Part shown: positions 26,592-35,486 of the stretch, in pieces
Layout: the number at the start of each line of letters is the position of its first letter
How positions within the stretch are numbered: position 1 is the first letter of the stretch
Assembly (NCBI GenBank): GCA_041660605.1
Contig: JBAZWB010000001.1
Coordinates: 558,503 to 622,502, forward strand
DNA: 64,000 nt
Direction of reading: 5' to 3'
Source: Patescibacteria group bacterium
Lineage (GTDB): Bacteria; Patescibacteriota; Patescibacteriia; UBA10025; JAHIVO01
Position numbers and translations under genes: made by a program
Notes under the pieces: generated by a model
Told to the model about the DNA's origin: nothing
The model's database searches: none
Seen by the model: only the letters and a program-made list of their open reading frames with translations

Positions 26592-28265
26592 ATGGTTTTC
26601 TTGATAAAAAATTATAAAGTCCTGCATTTTGAGGATGATGATAAGTTGTCAGATATATATAGAAAGGCATTTATCAGAGCAGGCCTTAAATACTGGCGCA
26701 TAAAGAATCCAAAAAAAAATTTTATTGAGCAGGTAGTTAATATCAAGCCGGGAATTATTTTGATGGATACCAGCCTGCCTGGGCAGGACGGGTTTTCTTT
26801 GGCTAAAATACTGCAAAAACACAAGCAAACAAGCAAAATACCCATAGTTGGGCTGTCTGATGTAGAAAGGTCCGTTGGCGTCAGATGGGCGCTGAATCTG
26901 GGTATGTATGATTATTGGATGCATGATATACGACGGCCTGAGAAAATCGCGCAGAAAATATATAAAATTCTAAATCCTGCGCCGTATCCAGACCGTGATT
27001 CATTGATAAGCGTGGGTTGGCTGGCGAAAAAGATAAAATTATTTTTTAAGCATCATCAGGCAATATGGCATTATGCATTAGTCATACTGTTCATGATGTG
27101 CGGACCTGCGATAATTTATTTTAATAATATTTTTATTAAAACGGCCGATGATTTTATTACAAAACTGCCAACCAGACTGAGTGTAGAGTTGCATGCAGTA
27201 AATTTTAGCTGGCAATACCAGGGAGAAAAATTTATCATAGAAAAAACACTGTATGGCAGAATCGACGAATTTTATAAAAACAGTGACTTGAAATTTTTTG
27301 GAGAAAATGATGCTCTTGACGAATACTACAAGTTTTTTTCAACTCAGTTGTCTGCAGGTGGCGACAATACTATTAATGATTTTTCTGAACAAATAATTAA
27401 ACAGGGGAATGAAAGAAATCTTTCTGAGGATCAGCTAGTCGAATTATCAGTCGGTTTTGTTCAGTCTATACCTTTTGATGAAGAAAAAAAGGAGGCTATC
27501 TTGAATGCTCCGGAGGTGTCTGATGGTGATAATCAGTCTGTCCTGGCGGCCGTAAAATCTTCCTGGCCCAGATTTCCTTATGAAACATTGTATGACAATA
27601 AAGGCGTATGCACAGACAAAACATTTTTGGCTATTGCTTTGCTGCAGCAGCTTGGATACGGTACGGCAATTTTTGATTATCAGACTCACATAGCTCCAGC
27701 GGTAAAATGCACTGACACATACTCAAATTTTAATTCAGGCTACTGCATCGCAGAAGTGACCTCGAATGGTTTTTTTATCGGGGAATTACCAGCCATAATG
27801 GATTCTTATGACCAAACCGTGAAAAAAGACGTTACTTATTTTTCCCAAAAAATGTGGAATATCGGCTTAACCGAGGAAATCATCCAAAAACCCAATATAG
27901 TGGCAATCAACGATGGGAAAAGCTATGAAAGAATTTCACAGCATGCTCCGATTTTTTCCGAAATGAATAAAATCGAAAATGAGTTCAACGATTTAAACGC
28001 AAAAATCAGTTTATTGCTGGAAAAAATAAATGCTCTCGAAAAAGAGGTCAAAACGTATAAAGATACAGTTAATGAAATATCAAAAAAACTGCAGACGGAC
28101 AATAGTTTGCAGTTATATTATCAATATGAAGAGGCGGCCAATAAATATAATAGCGCTTTTGAAAAACACGAAGGCGGTATAGCCGAATATGAGGCCTCCC
28201 TGATCAGCCAAAATAAACTGATTACAGAGTATCAGCAGTTATTAATGCAATTGGAAATAAATTGA
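26592..28265 (+). CDS. Receiver (REC)-like domain / TM / transglutaminase-like Cys-protease domain / coiled-coil fusion protein
   Basis: 557 aa. N-terminal HFEDDD...IILMDTSLPGQDG...IPIVGLSDV is CheY-like. One TM (about residues 150-175). GVCTDKTFLAIALLQQLGYGTAIF...THIAPAV is a transglutaminase-core-like Cys/His region. C-terminal heptad-rich about 100 aa. Confidence 0.45.
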   Translation: MVFLIKNYKVLHFEDDDKLSDIYRKAFIRAGLKYWRIKNPKKNFIEQVVNIKPGIILMDTSLPGQDGFSLAKILQKHKQTSKIPIVGLSDVERSVGVRWALNLGMYDYWMHDIRRPEKIAQKIYKILNPAPYPDRDSLISVGWLAKKIKLFFKHHQAIWHYALVILFMMCGPAIIYFNNIFIKTADDFITKLPTRLSVELHAVNFSWQYQGEKFIIEKTLYGRIDEFYKNSDLKFFGENDALDEYYKFFSTQLSAGGDNTINDFSEQIIKQGNERNLSEDQLVELSVGFVQSIPFDEEKKEAILNAPEVSDGDNQSVLAAVKSSWPRFPYETLYDNKGVCTDKTFLAIALLQQLGYGTAIFDYQTHIAPAVKCTDTYSNFNSGYCIAEVTSNGFFIGELPAIMDSYDQTVKKDVTYFSQKMWNIGLTEEIIQKPNIVAINDGKSYERISQHAPIFSEMNKIENEFNDLNAKISLLLEKINALEKEVKTYKDTVNEISKKLQTDNSLQLYYQYEEAANKYNSAFEKHEGGIAEYEASLISQNKLITEYQQLLMQLEIN

Positions 28266-28269
28266 TAGG

Positions 28270-28674
28270 CTACTTATTTTCGAAGTAATACCTGTAAAAA
28301 GTCTCCAGATTCGTCTCTTCTTTTGATTCTATGGCGCAAGCGCAATATTTCTGGCCGTCGTTGAGAATCTCAATGATATTGCGTTTTCCGGTTAAGAGCA
28401 GCTCCCAGGACTGCTGTGCGGTTAAAGTGCCCTTATTTTCCGGGATAACGCATCTTTTTTGCTTGGCTAATTCGCAATAATTAAAGCAGATTGTTTCATC
28501 CCAGCACATCCGTTCATGGGGCTGTTTGCTGAAAATTTTTGTCAGAATCAGCCCTGTCTGCGCGACTACGAAAATAATTATAATAATCCAGAAGGCCCTG
28601 ACTATTTTTTCAAATATCAAATTCAGCCTAGCTTTGGTGGAGATTTTTTTTGGATTATGTATTGTGGGATCCAT
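28270..28674 (-). CDS. Signal-anchored Cys-rich hypothetical protein
   Basis: 134 aa, one N-terminal TM, 6 Cys in the ectodomain. Confidence 0.4.
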   Translation of the reverse strand: MDPTIHNPKKISTKARLNLIFEKIVRAFWIIIIIFVVAQTGLILTKIFSKQPHERMCWDETICFNYCELAKQKRCVIPENKGTLTAQQSWELLLTGKRNIIEILNDGQKYCACAIESKEETNLETFYRYYFENK

Positions 28675-28683
28675 TTATCGGTC

Positions 28684-29070
28684 TTATTGCTTTAGTTTTC
28701 TTTTTTTCTCCCAATTACGCACAGAAGCTTCATCCATGCCGAAATAATGGCCGATTTCATGATGCACTACGCTAAAAATAAGCCGTTTGACTTTTGTTTC
28801 ATCAGCACCAGCGATCAGTTCGATCGATCTTTTGAATATGGTGATTTTATCAGGCAGTACCCCGCTATAATATCCGCTTCTCTTGGTCAGCGGCACTCCC
28901 TGGTATAAGCCCAGCAATATTCTTCCGGATTTGATATATTTTTCATTTGACTGGGCGTTTCTGACATCTTCTTCCACTACAAATGCAAGATTTTCTATTT
29001 TTTTTCTTAGTTCCAGGGGTACTTTCTCAACCGCCTGTTTTACGTATTCTTCGAATTCCTGCAATTCCAT
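28684..29070 (-). CDS. Zincin-like metallopeptidase (HExxH; Zincin_1/DUF1025-like)
   Basis: 128 aa. C-terminal VVHHEIGHYFGMDE. Confidence 0.6.
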   Translation of the reverse strand: MELQEFEEYVKQAVEKVPLELRKKIENLAFVVEEDVRNAQSNEKYIKSGRILLGLYQGVPLTKRSGYYSGVLPDKITIFKRSIELIAGADETKVKRLIFSVVHHEIGHYFGMDEASVRNWEKKRKLKQ

Positions 29071-29082
29071 TTGAAGTTTAAA

Positions 29083-29802
29083 TTAAAATTTGACTGGTAT
29101 CTCCAGCTGTTTTTGATTGGCGTTCAATCCTGAAGGATTTTCATTATTTATAAAAATATTTCCCTGGCTGGTTTGCGGGTCGGAGAATTCCAGCTTCAGT
29201 GTAAACGGCACGAAATCAGTAGTCATCCATTCATCCTGAGCGCTGGCGTTTCCGCTGCCAATGATGGCCCCGTTTGCATTTTTTACAGTTACCGGCATTA
29301 CCGCTTCAAAAAACCAGGTCCCGCGTGCCTGCCCGCTGATAGTAATCGGACTGGAAATTTTTTGATTTGGACGCGGGTTATCAACTTTTATTTCATCTGT
29401 CATTTCCAATTCGTTGCCGATGTTTTGCGTATAAGTCTGGCCACCGGGCACGGCGCATCGGGACGGATAACTTTCCATAACAGGATAGCCGGCAGCCACG
29501 CAATCATCATATGAAGTTATGTTTACCTGAGAATTAGAATTACTAGTATTTACAGATGGGTTTGAATTTTGATTATTTGAATTGCCGCATTTTCCAGTTG
29601 GTGCAAGGGAGGCTGGGTTACCATGCTTCACCCATTGGCTATTACTGCAGACCCAGGTATCCTCTTCGGTATTAAAGCGTACGACTACCAGTATCAGCCC
29701 GGCAATAATGATTATACTGCCCAGGATCAAATAGACTTTTTTTTGTTTTTTTGTTGCTGTCATAATAGCATGAATGTGAATGATTATGCCTTCAATATAC
29801 AT
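29083..29802 (-). CDS. Membrane-anchored protein with C-terminal Gmad2-like Ig-fold domain
   Basis: 239 aa. PITISGQARGTWFFEAVMPVTVKNANGAIIGSGNASAQDEWMTTDFVPFTLKLEF resembles the Gmad2 domain. Ser/Asn-rich linker. Confidence 0.45.
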   Translation of the reverse strand: MYIEGIIIHIHAIMTATKKQKKVYLILGSIIIIAGLILVVVRFNTEEDTWVCSNSQWVKHGNPASLAPTGKCGNSNNQNSNPSVNTSNSNSQVNITSYDDCVAAGYPVMESYPSRCAVPGGQTYTQNIGNELEMTDEIKVDNPRPNQKISSPITISGQARGTWFFEAVMPVTVKNANGAIIGSGNASAQDEWMTTDFVPFTLKLEFSDPQTSQGNIFINNENPSGLNANQKQLEIPVKF

Positions 29803-29829
29803 TTATTTAAATGAGATGGCAATGATTGA

Positions 29830-29858
29830 TTGACATTATTACCGGCATCTGATAAGTT
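29830..29858 (+). promoter_or_regulatory. Possible promoter TTGACA-17-TAAGTT (weak -10)
   Basis: TTGACA 29830-29835. Would start an about 130-nt leader ending at the 29974-29997 terminator. Confidence 0.3.
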
Positions 29859-29965
29859 TATTCCATATGATTTGGTTAAATAAAGTTATCTCAGAAAAAT
29901 ATTACCGTAGTGCTTTTGTCACACTTCAGAAGCGACGGTAATTATATTTGTTAAATCTAGTTATT

Positions 29966-29997
29966 AAAAATACCGCCATCTGAAGGCGGTTTTTTTG
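29966..29997. terminator. Intrinsic terminator (A-tract, CCGCC-7nt-GGCGG, T7), bidirectional in form
   Basis: AAAAATA-CCGCC-atctgaa-GGCGG-TTTTTTT, located 25 nt upstream of the SD of the 30023 ORF. Confidence 0.6.
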
Positions 29998-30022
29998 TAA
30001 TTCTAAAATCCTGGAGGAAAAG

Positions 30023-30244
30023 ATGAAACAAACACAAAAACAGCACGTTACCGGCAAGCGTACGTTTAAAAAGGAAGGAAGGGTTTTTTGCAAATGTTCT
30101 TGCGGGTTCACCCATCCGGTAGAACCTGATGGTACAATTTGTTTTGGCAATGGGCTTGATGAAGCAGGCCATATTCGGCCACTGCAAAGTGATCATCGTG
30201 ATCAGCTTTATCTCATGTCCACGCCCAAACCATATGAGTATTAG
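30023..30244 (+). CDS. Small Cys-containing protein (73 aa)
   Basis: GGAGG SD 6 nt before ATG. CKCSCGF...CFGNG. Strong terminator immediately after. Confidence 0.5.
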   Translation: MKQTQKQHVTGKRTFKKEGRVFCKCSCGFTHPVEPDGTICFGNGLDEAGHIRPLQSDHRDQLYLMSTPKPYEY

Positions 30245-30262
30245 TAGTTGACTTAAAATAAT

Positions 30263-30296
30263 ACGGAGAAAGTTATTGGCTTTCTCCGTTTTTTGT
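30263..30296 (+). terminator. Rho-independent terminator
   Basis: ACGGAGAAAG-ttattgg-CTTTCTCCGT followed by TTTTTT. Confidence 0.7.
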
Positions 30297-30379
30297 AGCA
30301 AAGTCTTGGTGTACTGATTGGGAAGTCAAACATTGATGCAATCCCGTTGATTGCTTGTCTAAACATTTTAGAATCCTTT

Positions 30380-30844
30380 CTAATATGAGTTGCCCCGGTT
30401 TTCAGACGGTTTCACTCCTGCTTTGGTATTGCCGTTCTCCAGGCGGAAAAAGGCAATCTTAGATACTATCGTACCAATATAGGGGAGGAGTACCAAAATA
30501 CAGGTTTCCATCATCCTCTTTGATACGCAGTATCTGCTATGCGTACTGAATTCGACGATAAACATCATTAGCAGAGTCAACCACCAGCCAATGACGAAAA
30601 GTTCACCTCTGCGCTTTTTAGTGTTTCTCCTTAACCAACGGTCTACCTCTTTGCGCAGAACATAGATCAGGATTAACAGCAAATAAGCGAATGGCATACT
30701 GCCCGGAATGCTGAAGTTGTCGAAGTGCAGAAATTCCAGTAAGCACATGGCAAATTGCACTACAGTCCAAATGCTAAGGAACCAAAAGATGCAGCTTAGC
30801 TTTTTGACTGATTTACATACCGACCCGTTTGGCGATTTTGACAT
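30380..30844 (-). CDS. 4-TM membrane protein, unknown function
   Basis: 154 aa. AAAGGAG SD upstream on the minus strand. Confidence 0.5.
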   Translation of the reverse strand: MSKSPNGSVCKSVKKLSCIFWFLSIWTVVQFAMCLLEFLHFDNFSIPGSMPFAYLLLILIYVLRKEVDRWLRRNTKKRRGELFVIGWWLTLLMMFIVEFSTHSRYCVSKRMMETCILVLLPYIGTIVSKIAFFRLENGNTKAGVKPSENRGNSY

Positions 30845-31249
30845 TTCGAATCACTCCTTTCACGATTGTCCCACCTAGCTGTTCCAGAGCGAATGTCAGT
30901 CGCATTAAATACAACAAAAATTGGCACCAAGACTTTGTAAACGTGCTGTTTTTCTTTGTATTAAATTAATATTACATTGTAAGCCCAATGTAGCAAAAAA
31001 TCAAGACCCCTAAAGTGCATAAGCTGTTCATTAGTCTGTTTTTTGGCTGAGTTGAGGCTTGAATTATAGTACTTTTTATTAATCAAAATTGTTTTCTAAT
31101 AACGAGATAAAATAAGATTCGAAAGCAATAATGTCATAGCAGTTACAATATACCGCGTACTAGGGGGTTGTTTTTTTATGGGTAATTTATTAATATATTT
31201 ATATCAGGCATGTTTTAATCTTTTTTTGTACCTTTATTTGGAGGATTTC

Positions 31250-31411
31250 ATGAAAAATGGTGGAGATTCCAGAAACTTAGTCTCTAAAACGGGAAATCGA
31301 CAAGTAGGTCAGCCCCGAAAGTGCGACAATACTCCTGGCTCGCGTGCGTGCAAAGATTGCCAAAAAAAACAGTCATCTGTATGCAGAGATTGCCGGGCTG
31401 AAGGTAAGTAA
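31250..31411 (+). CDS. Small basic Cys-rich peptide (53 aa; 6 Cys as CxnCxxC...CxxC)
   Basis: GGAGG SD 6 nt before the internal ATG (the ORF track starts earlier, at 31178). Sequence MKNGGDSRNLVSKTGNRQVGQPRKCDNTPGSRACKDCQKKQSSVCRDCRAEGK. Hairpin plus U-tract after the stop. Promoter TTGTTT-17-TAATAT about 60 nt upstream. Confidence 0.45.
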   Translation: MKNGGDSRNLVSKTGNRQVGQPRKCDNTPGSRACKDCQKKQSSVCRDCRAEGK

Positions 31412-31426
31412 AATGAAACAGAACAT

Positions 31427-31460
31427 AGTGGAGCCGCGATAGGTGGTTCCACTTTTATTT
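31427..31460 (+). terminator. Intrinsic terminator after the Cys-rich peptide gene
   Basis: AGUGGAG...UUCCACU stem followed by UUUUAUUU. Confidence 0.45.
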
Positions 31461-31500
31461 AATATGAATCATTGAGCACTACGTTTTTAATAAAGACTAA

Positions 31501-31758
31501 CTATTTTTTTAGCCAAAGCGCTTTGAATAACGACAAGGTAAGGGTGGAAAGCAGAAACGCCACTGCCGGTACAATGGCATTGAGCCAGGGATGCGGCAGT
31601 TTGGCAAACAGGAAAAATACCACGATTACCAGGTAAGTCAGAATTAAAATAATAACTTTCCTGATCCAACTGGTTTCCCAAGCTTTATCAGCTTCTACAC
31701 GCCGGTTGCGGGCGTTAATTTCATTGATTTGATTTTGCAGATCGTCGATAGTAGTCAT
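31501..31758 (-). CDS. Small membrane protein (N-terminal amphipathic/coiled segment + 2 TM)
   Basis: 85 aa. Confidence 0.4.
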   Translation of the reverse strand: MTTIDDLQNQINEINARNRRVEADKAWETSWIRKVIILILTYLVIVVFFLFAKLPHPWLNAIVPAVAFLLSTLTLSLFKALWLKK

Positions 31759-31761
31759 AAT

Positions 31762-32226
31762 TTATGGTTTTAATAAAGGTTCCATTGTAGTATTGTGCTG
31801 AAGTGTTTGTTTTCTGTGATAAGTGTACCATTCACTGATGATAATGTAGGCAACGGAAACAATCCATTCAAGTAGCGGCCATTGAAGTAATAAGTATAAT
31901 AATATAACCGAAAAAATAAAAAATACAAAGGGAAGCGCCCAAGTGCTCATATGTATCGCTAGGGATGGCTGTTGTCGTTGAAGGCTAGTAACATTGTGCC
32001 AAATTGTATTCACTATAATACCCAGGACGGCAACGGCAATCATCAATAGTGTGCCAATCCAGAATATTCCGTTATTGTTTAGTACGCCGTTTGTGCCGAA
32101 TAAGTAGAGAAATACCGGTGCCGATAACGCAAGATATAGCACGCGCAGTAAGATTGTAAAAACAATATTAAGATTTTTAATACGCGATCGCAACTGTTCA
32201 GGTGAAATATTTTTAGTTTCGTTCAT
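31762..32226 (-). CDS. 4-TM membrane protein
   Basis: 154 aa. Confidence 0.4.
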   Translation of the reverse strand: MNETKNISPEQLRSRIKNLNIVFTILLRVLYLALSAPVFLYLFGTNGVLNNNGIFWIGTLLMIAVAVLGIIVNTIWHNVTSLQRQQPSLAIHMSTWALPFVFFIFSVILLYLLLQWPLLEWIVSVAYIIISEWYTYHRKQTLQHNTTMEPLLKP

Positions 32227-32303
32227 GGCGATGTAAATTACAATTAATTATTTTTTTGGCTTATTTTTGCCACTGGAAGAAAGTAGCTTTTAGGAGGTAT
32301 ATG

Positions 32304-32945
32304 TTATTTAAGTAAATTAATAATCTCCAAATGATCTTTAATTATATAATCCGGATGAAAAGCTTGCAATGAATCCAGCGAATAAAATTTTTCATGTTCT
32401 GGAGGATGATAAAGAGCTACCTGGCATTTCATCGATTTAGCGGCTTGAATGTCATTTGCGGCGTCTCCGATTACCAAGACATTTACCGGATCAACGCCGG
32501 CTTTATGGGCAAGAGTTTGAAAAATTATCGGTTTTTCAAACGGGCAATCGTCATAGCTTAAAATTACCTTGAAATATTGCTTAAGTTTAAAACGTTCCAA
32601 CGCTAGTTCAAAATTTGTTTGGCGCGCCAAAGAGCCAAGGCAAATGGTATAACCTTGATTTGTAAGTGCTTTTAAAGTCTCAATAATGTTTTTGTGTAAT
32701 TCAGCCTTTCTAAATCCTAGTCGTGCGCCTTCGTGATAATAATTTGAAAATGCCTCAACGTCTTTTATGCCAAAATTATGAGCGGCCACTTCATTCACAA
32801 TATTAAAGCACTTGCTGATAATTTCCTCGTCAGATGCTTCCAAGCCAAATTTGGCTATCGTTTTTCTGTATGCTTTTAGATGCCAGGGCAGAGTATCGAG
32901 TATTGTGCCGTCAAAATCGTAGATAATTGCTTGCGGTTTTTTCAT
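32304..32945 (-). CDS. HAD-IA family hydrolase (beta-phosphoglucomutase/phosphatase-like)
   Basis: 213 aa. IIYDFDGTILDT motif I. Downstream S/T, K and DD motifs. Confidence 0.75.
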   Translation of the reverse strand: MKKPQAIIYDFDGTILDTLPWHLKAYRKTIAKFGLEASDEEIISKCFNIVNEVAAHNFGIKDVEAFSNYYHEGARLGFRKAELHKNIIETLKALTNQGYTICLGSLARQTNFELALERFKLKQYFKVILSYDDCPFEKPIIFQTLAHKAGVDPVNVLVIGDAANDIQAAKSMKCQVALYHPPEHEKFYSLDSLQAFHPDYIIKDHLEIINLLK

Positions 32946-33002
32946 ACGTCAATAGATATTATTTTAAGAATATTTATATTTATTAATTTATTATATTAGG
33001 TA

Positions 33003-33031
33003 TTGACAATTATTAAGAGAAATGATAGATT
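33003..33031 (+). promoter_or_regulatory. Promoter TTGACA-17-TAGATT
   Basis: TTGACA 33003-33008. Followed by a GGAGG SD at 33061 and ATG at 33072. Confidence 0.45.
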
Positions 33032-33071
33032 ATGTCGATATATTGAACCTTATATTAGTTTGGAGGAAAAA

Positions 33072-33452
33072 ATGCCAGAAACGATCGAGCAATGCTGTTC
33101 AGTACCAAAATGGCATTGGTATAACATCATGAGTGATCTTGACGTGCAAGGGGGTTTGCCTGGTGTAGTCATCGATCCACTTTCGGTTGAAGAGTGTGGT
33201 TGTGGCGGTACGACCACGGCTGGTACAAAGTTTTACATAACCTGGGTCAAGGACAAGTTTCTCCTTTTGAGCGTATCTCAGCAGGAGCAGGCGCTTGTCG
33301 ACGCATTCGCCAAAGTCGTTGGGTATCAACCATTTTGCCGGTATATCTCTACTAAGGGTGGTTTGCTCACGATTGAGTGGGACAAGCAGGATCCGACTGG
33401 TCGGTATTCTGAACTTGAAACTGAGGGTGTAAAAGATCTGCAGTGTCTTTAA
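33072..33452 (+). CDS. Hypothetical protein (126 aa from SD-preceded ATG; the ORF track starts at 33003)
   Basis: Strong SD GGAGGaaaaaATG. Cys motifs CCS and CGCGG. No recognised domain. Confidence 0.5.
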   Translation: MPETIEQCCSVPKWHWYNIMSDLDVQGGLPGVVIDPLSVEECGCGGTTTAGTKFYITWVKDKFLLLSVSQQEQALVDAFAKVVGYQPFCRYISTKGGLLTIEWDKQDPTGRYSELETEGVKDLQCL

Positions 33453-33473
33453 TAACTCTCACTAAGAAGGTTT

Positions 33474-33507
33474 GATCGTCCTGATGGGTATCGGGACGAT
33501 CTTTTTT
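33474..33507 (+). terminator. Rho-independent terminator
   Basis: GATCGTCC-12nt-GGACGATC followed by TTTTTT. Confidence 0.6.
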
Positions 33508-33511
33508 ATAA

Positions 33512-34570
33512 TTAAAACCCAAACCCGCGTTCCAATTTTTCATACCCGCCTCCAGGCAAAGAGCGGTAATAGCCTGAACCCTGCGGACCGCCGTCCCACT
33601 GGGAATTAAGCGGGGCTTCGTAATGCTCGCCGGTGGTTGGTGAATATACATTTTCATAACCCATGATCGCCTCCGTCCATTTATCCGACAGCGATACCTC
33701 GGGATTATCAGCACTATCAGAAGGGTCTGGCGTAGAAACGTCAACGCTGGAAGTTACCGGCCGCAGCTGTGAAACGCACCGGATGGTTAAAGCAACCGAA
33801 AAGGGGAGTGCGCCGCTAGAATCCCATTTATCGTTTGGCGTGTCCGCCATATATACTGACACCACATACGTGGTTGGGTCACTAAAATTATATGTCTTAT
33901 AAATAATCGCTCCTTGCCTGCCGGTTGAAGTAGTGAAATCGCGCTGGATAAAACCCTCGTAAATATCTTTTGGCTCACCAAGCGTAAAACCGCCGCTGGT
34001 AAAAGAACCGGTAAACGCATAGCTCAGCCAAGCGGTTAAAAACGATTCAGCGTCCGGATACATATATTTATACACCACGGCAATGCCCCAACCGGCGTGT
34101 TGGGATTTATCCGGCGAATACAGGTCTGTGCCGGTGCTTTCCGCGTTGCCGGTAAATGACCAATCTTCCGGCGCCAGTGCCTGGCAATGACCGGTTTGTT
34201 TTTCAATCAATTGAACAGCCGTATCATTTATTGTTTTGGCGGCGATTATGACATTCTGCTGATTTGAATTAACTGCTGTGTTAATTACAGTTTGATTCGT
34301 GTTGCCGTTGGTTTGCACGACTACCTGGCTGGCGTTAGTATTGCCGTTAACATTAGTATTTTGATTGGCAATAGTATTATTTACAACCGTAATATCTGAG
34401 TTTGCATTACTATTGGCGACTACGATAGATTTGTTTGATTCATTTGAATTTTTATTTGTTTTCATAAGCACAACTACGACGACAGCCAGTCCGATAATTA
34501 TAATTGCCATTACCAGTAAAATGATTTTAATGTTCTTTGGTGAATTTTTGATCGGGTTTTGATCTGGCAT
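33512..34570 (-). CDS. Membrane-anchored protein with Asn/Thr-rich low-complexity linker and C-terminal globular domain
   Basis: 352 aa. N-terminal TM. An N/T/V-rich stretch of about 90 aa. Confidence 0.45.
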   Translation of the reverse strand: MPDQNPIKNSPKNIKIILLVMAIIIIGLAVVVVVLMKTNKNSNESNKSIVVANSNANSDITVVNNTIANQNTNVNGNTNASQVVVQTNGNTNQTVINTAVNSNQQNVIIAAKTINDTAVQLIEKQTGHCQALAPEDWSFTGNAESTGTDLYSPDKSQHAGWGIAVVYKYMYPDAESFLTAWLSYAFTGSFTSGGFTLGEPKDIYEGFIQRDFTTSTGRQGAIIYKTYNFSDPTTYVVSVYMADTPNDKWDSSGALPFSVALTIRCVSQLRPVTSSVDVSTPDPSDSADNPEVSLSDKWTEAIMGYENVYSPTTGEHYEAPLNSQWDGGPQGSGYYRSLPGGGYEKLERGFGF

Positions 34571-34579
34571 AAATATTAA

Positions 34580-35353
34580 TTAATATTTTAGCGTATTTTT
34601 AATTATTTCAATTAATTTATCGTGTATTATTCCATTGGAGATTAAACCGCCTTTTGTCGGACCATCGTATTTTTGATCATTGCCGAACATATCGGTAACT
34701 TTACCTCCGGCTTCTTCAATAATGATTTTTTGCGCGGCAATGTCCCAGGGCGTGTTATGCGGAAATATATTGGCTACCGCTTCGCCACTGGCCACCAGAG
34801 CGCCTAAATAAGAAGTAGAGCCGGTTTGCATATTCATGCCCAATGAAATCAATTTAGTAACGGTGCCTGTCAGATCGTAGGTTGAATTATTCCAGACACA
34901 GATGCCGATTAAATTTCTGGAAATTGCCGCAACTTTTGAAACATGGATTTGTTCGTCATTCAAAAAAGCCCCTTTATTTTTTTCGGCAAAATAAAGACGG
35001 TCTGTAAATGGATTATAAATTACTCCTAATATTGGCTGGCCGTTCCTTAACAATGCAAGAGTGAAACAACAAACAGTCATTCCCGCAGAAAACGGTATGG
35101 TGCCGTCCAGAGGATCGCAAATCCAGACATACTCCGCTTTTTCGCTAAAACTTCCGCCTTCCTCACCGATAAAACCGTGGTTGGGAAATTCTTTCTTAAT
35201 GCTGTTTAATACCAAAAGATTTACTGTCTTGTCCACAATAGTCACAGGGGATTCATCGTGCTTGATTTCAATCTCGTGTTTGGTATTAAAATGCTGAGAA
35301 ATTATTTTACCGGCTTGCTCGGCCAGAGAAAGAGAAAAAGATTTGGGAGTCAT
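34580..35353 (-). CDS. Inositol monophosphatase / FIG family phosphatase (SuhB/CysQ-like)
   Basis: 257 aa. GEEGG and WICDPLDGT metal-binding motifs. Confidence 0.8.
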   Translation of the reverse strand: MTPKSFSLSLAEQAGKIISQHFNTKHEIEIKHDESPVTIVDKTVNLLVLNSIKKEFPNHGFIGEEGGSFSEKAEYVWICDPLDGTIPFSAGMTVCCFTLALLRNGQPILGVIYNPFTDRLYFAEKNKGAFLNDEQIHVSKVAAISRNLIGICVWNNSTYDLTGTVTKLISLGMNMQTGSTSYLGALVASGEAVANIFPHNTPWDIAAQKIIIEEAGGKVTDMFGNDQKYDGPTKGGLISNGIIHDKLIEIIKNTLKY

Positions 35354-35436
35354 AGTTTATTTAAGTTTAATATTTGTTTGAATATTCTTACGTGTCCGTC
35401 GAAGTAAAGCATAGGTGGAAGAATATTAGAATGTGA

Positions 35437-35468
35437 TATAGGAACGTTCGTCCGAACGTTCGAATGTT
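35437..35468 (-). promoter_or_regulatory. Conserved palindromic element A (tandem CGAACGTTCG-like sites), candidate operator/promoter module
   Basis: ATAGGAACGTTCGTCCGAACGTTCGAATGTTA, about 85 nt upstream of the IMPase-like gene start. Near-identical copy at 37488-37521. Confidence 0.45.
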
Positions 35469-35486
35469 ATTTTAAAGCGAATAATA

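Noticed and set aside
31178-31249. Upstream Met start of the 77-aa ORF (MGNLLIYLYQ...)
   Set aside because: A GGAGG SD is perfectly placed for the internal ATG at 31250, and the upstream part overlaps the predicted promoter. The shorter 53-aa product is preferred.
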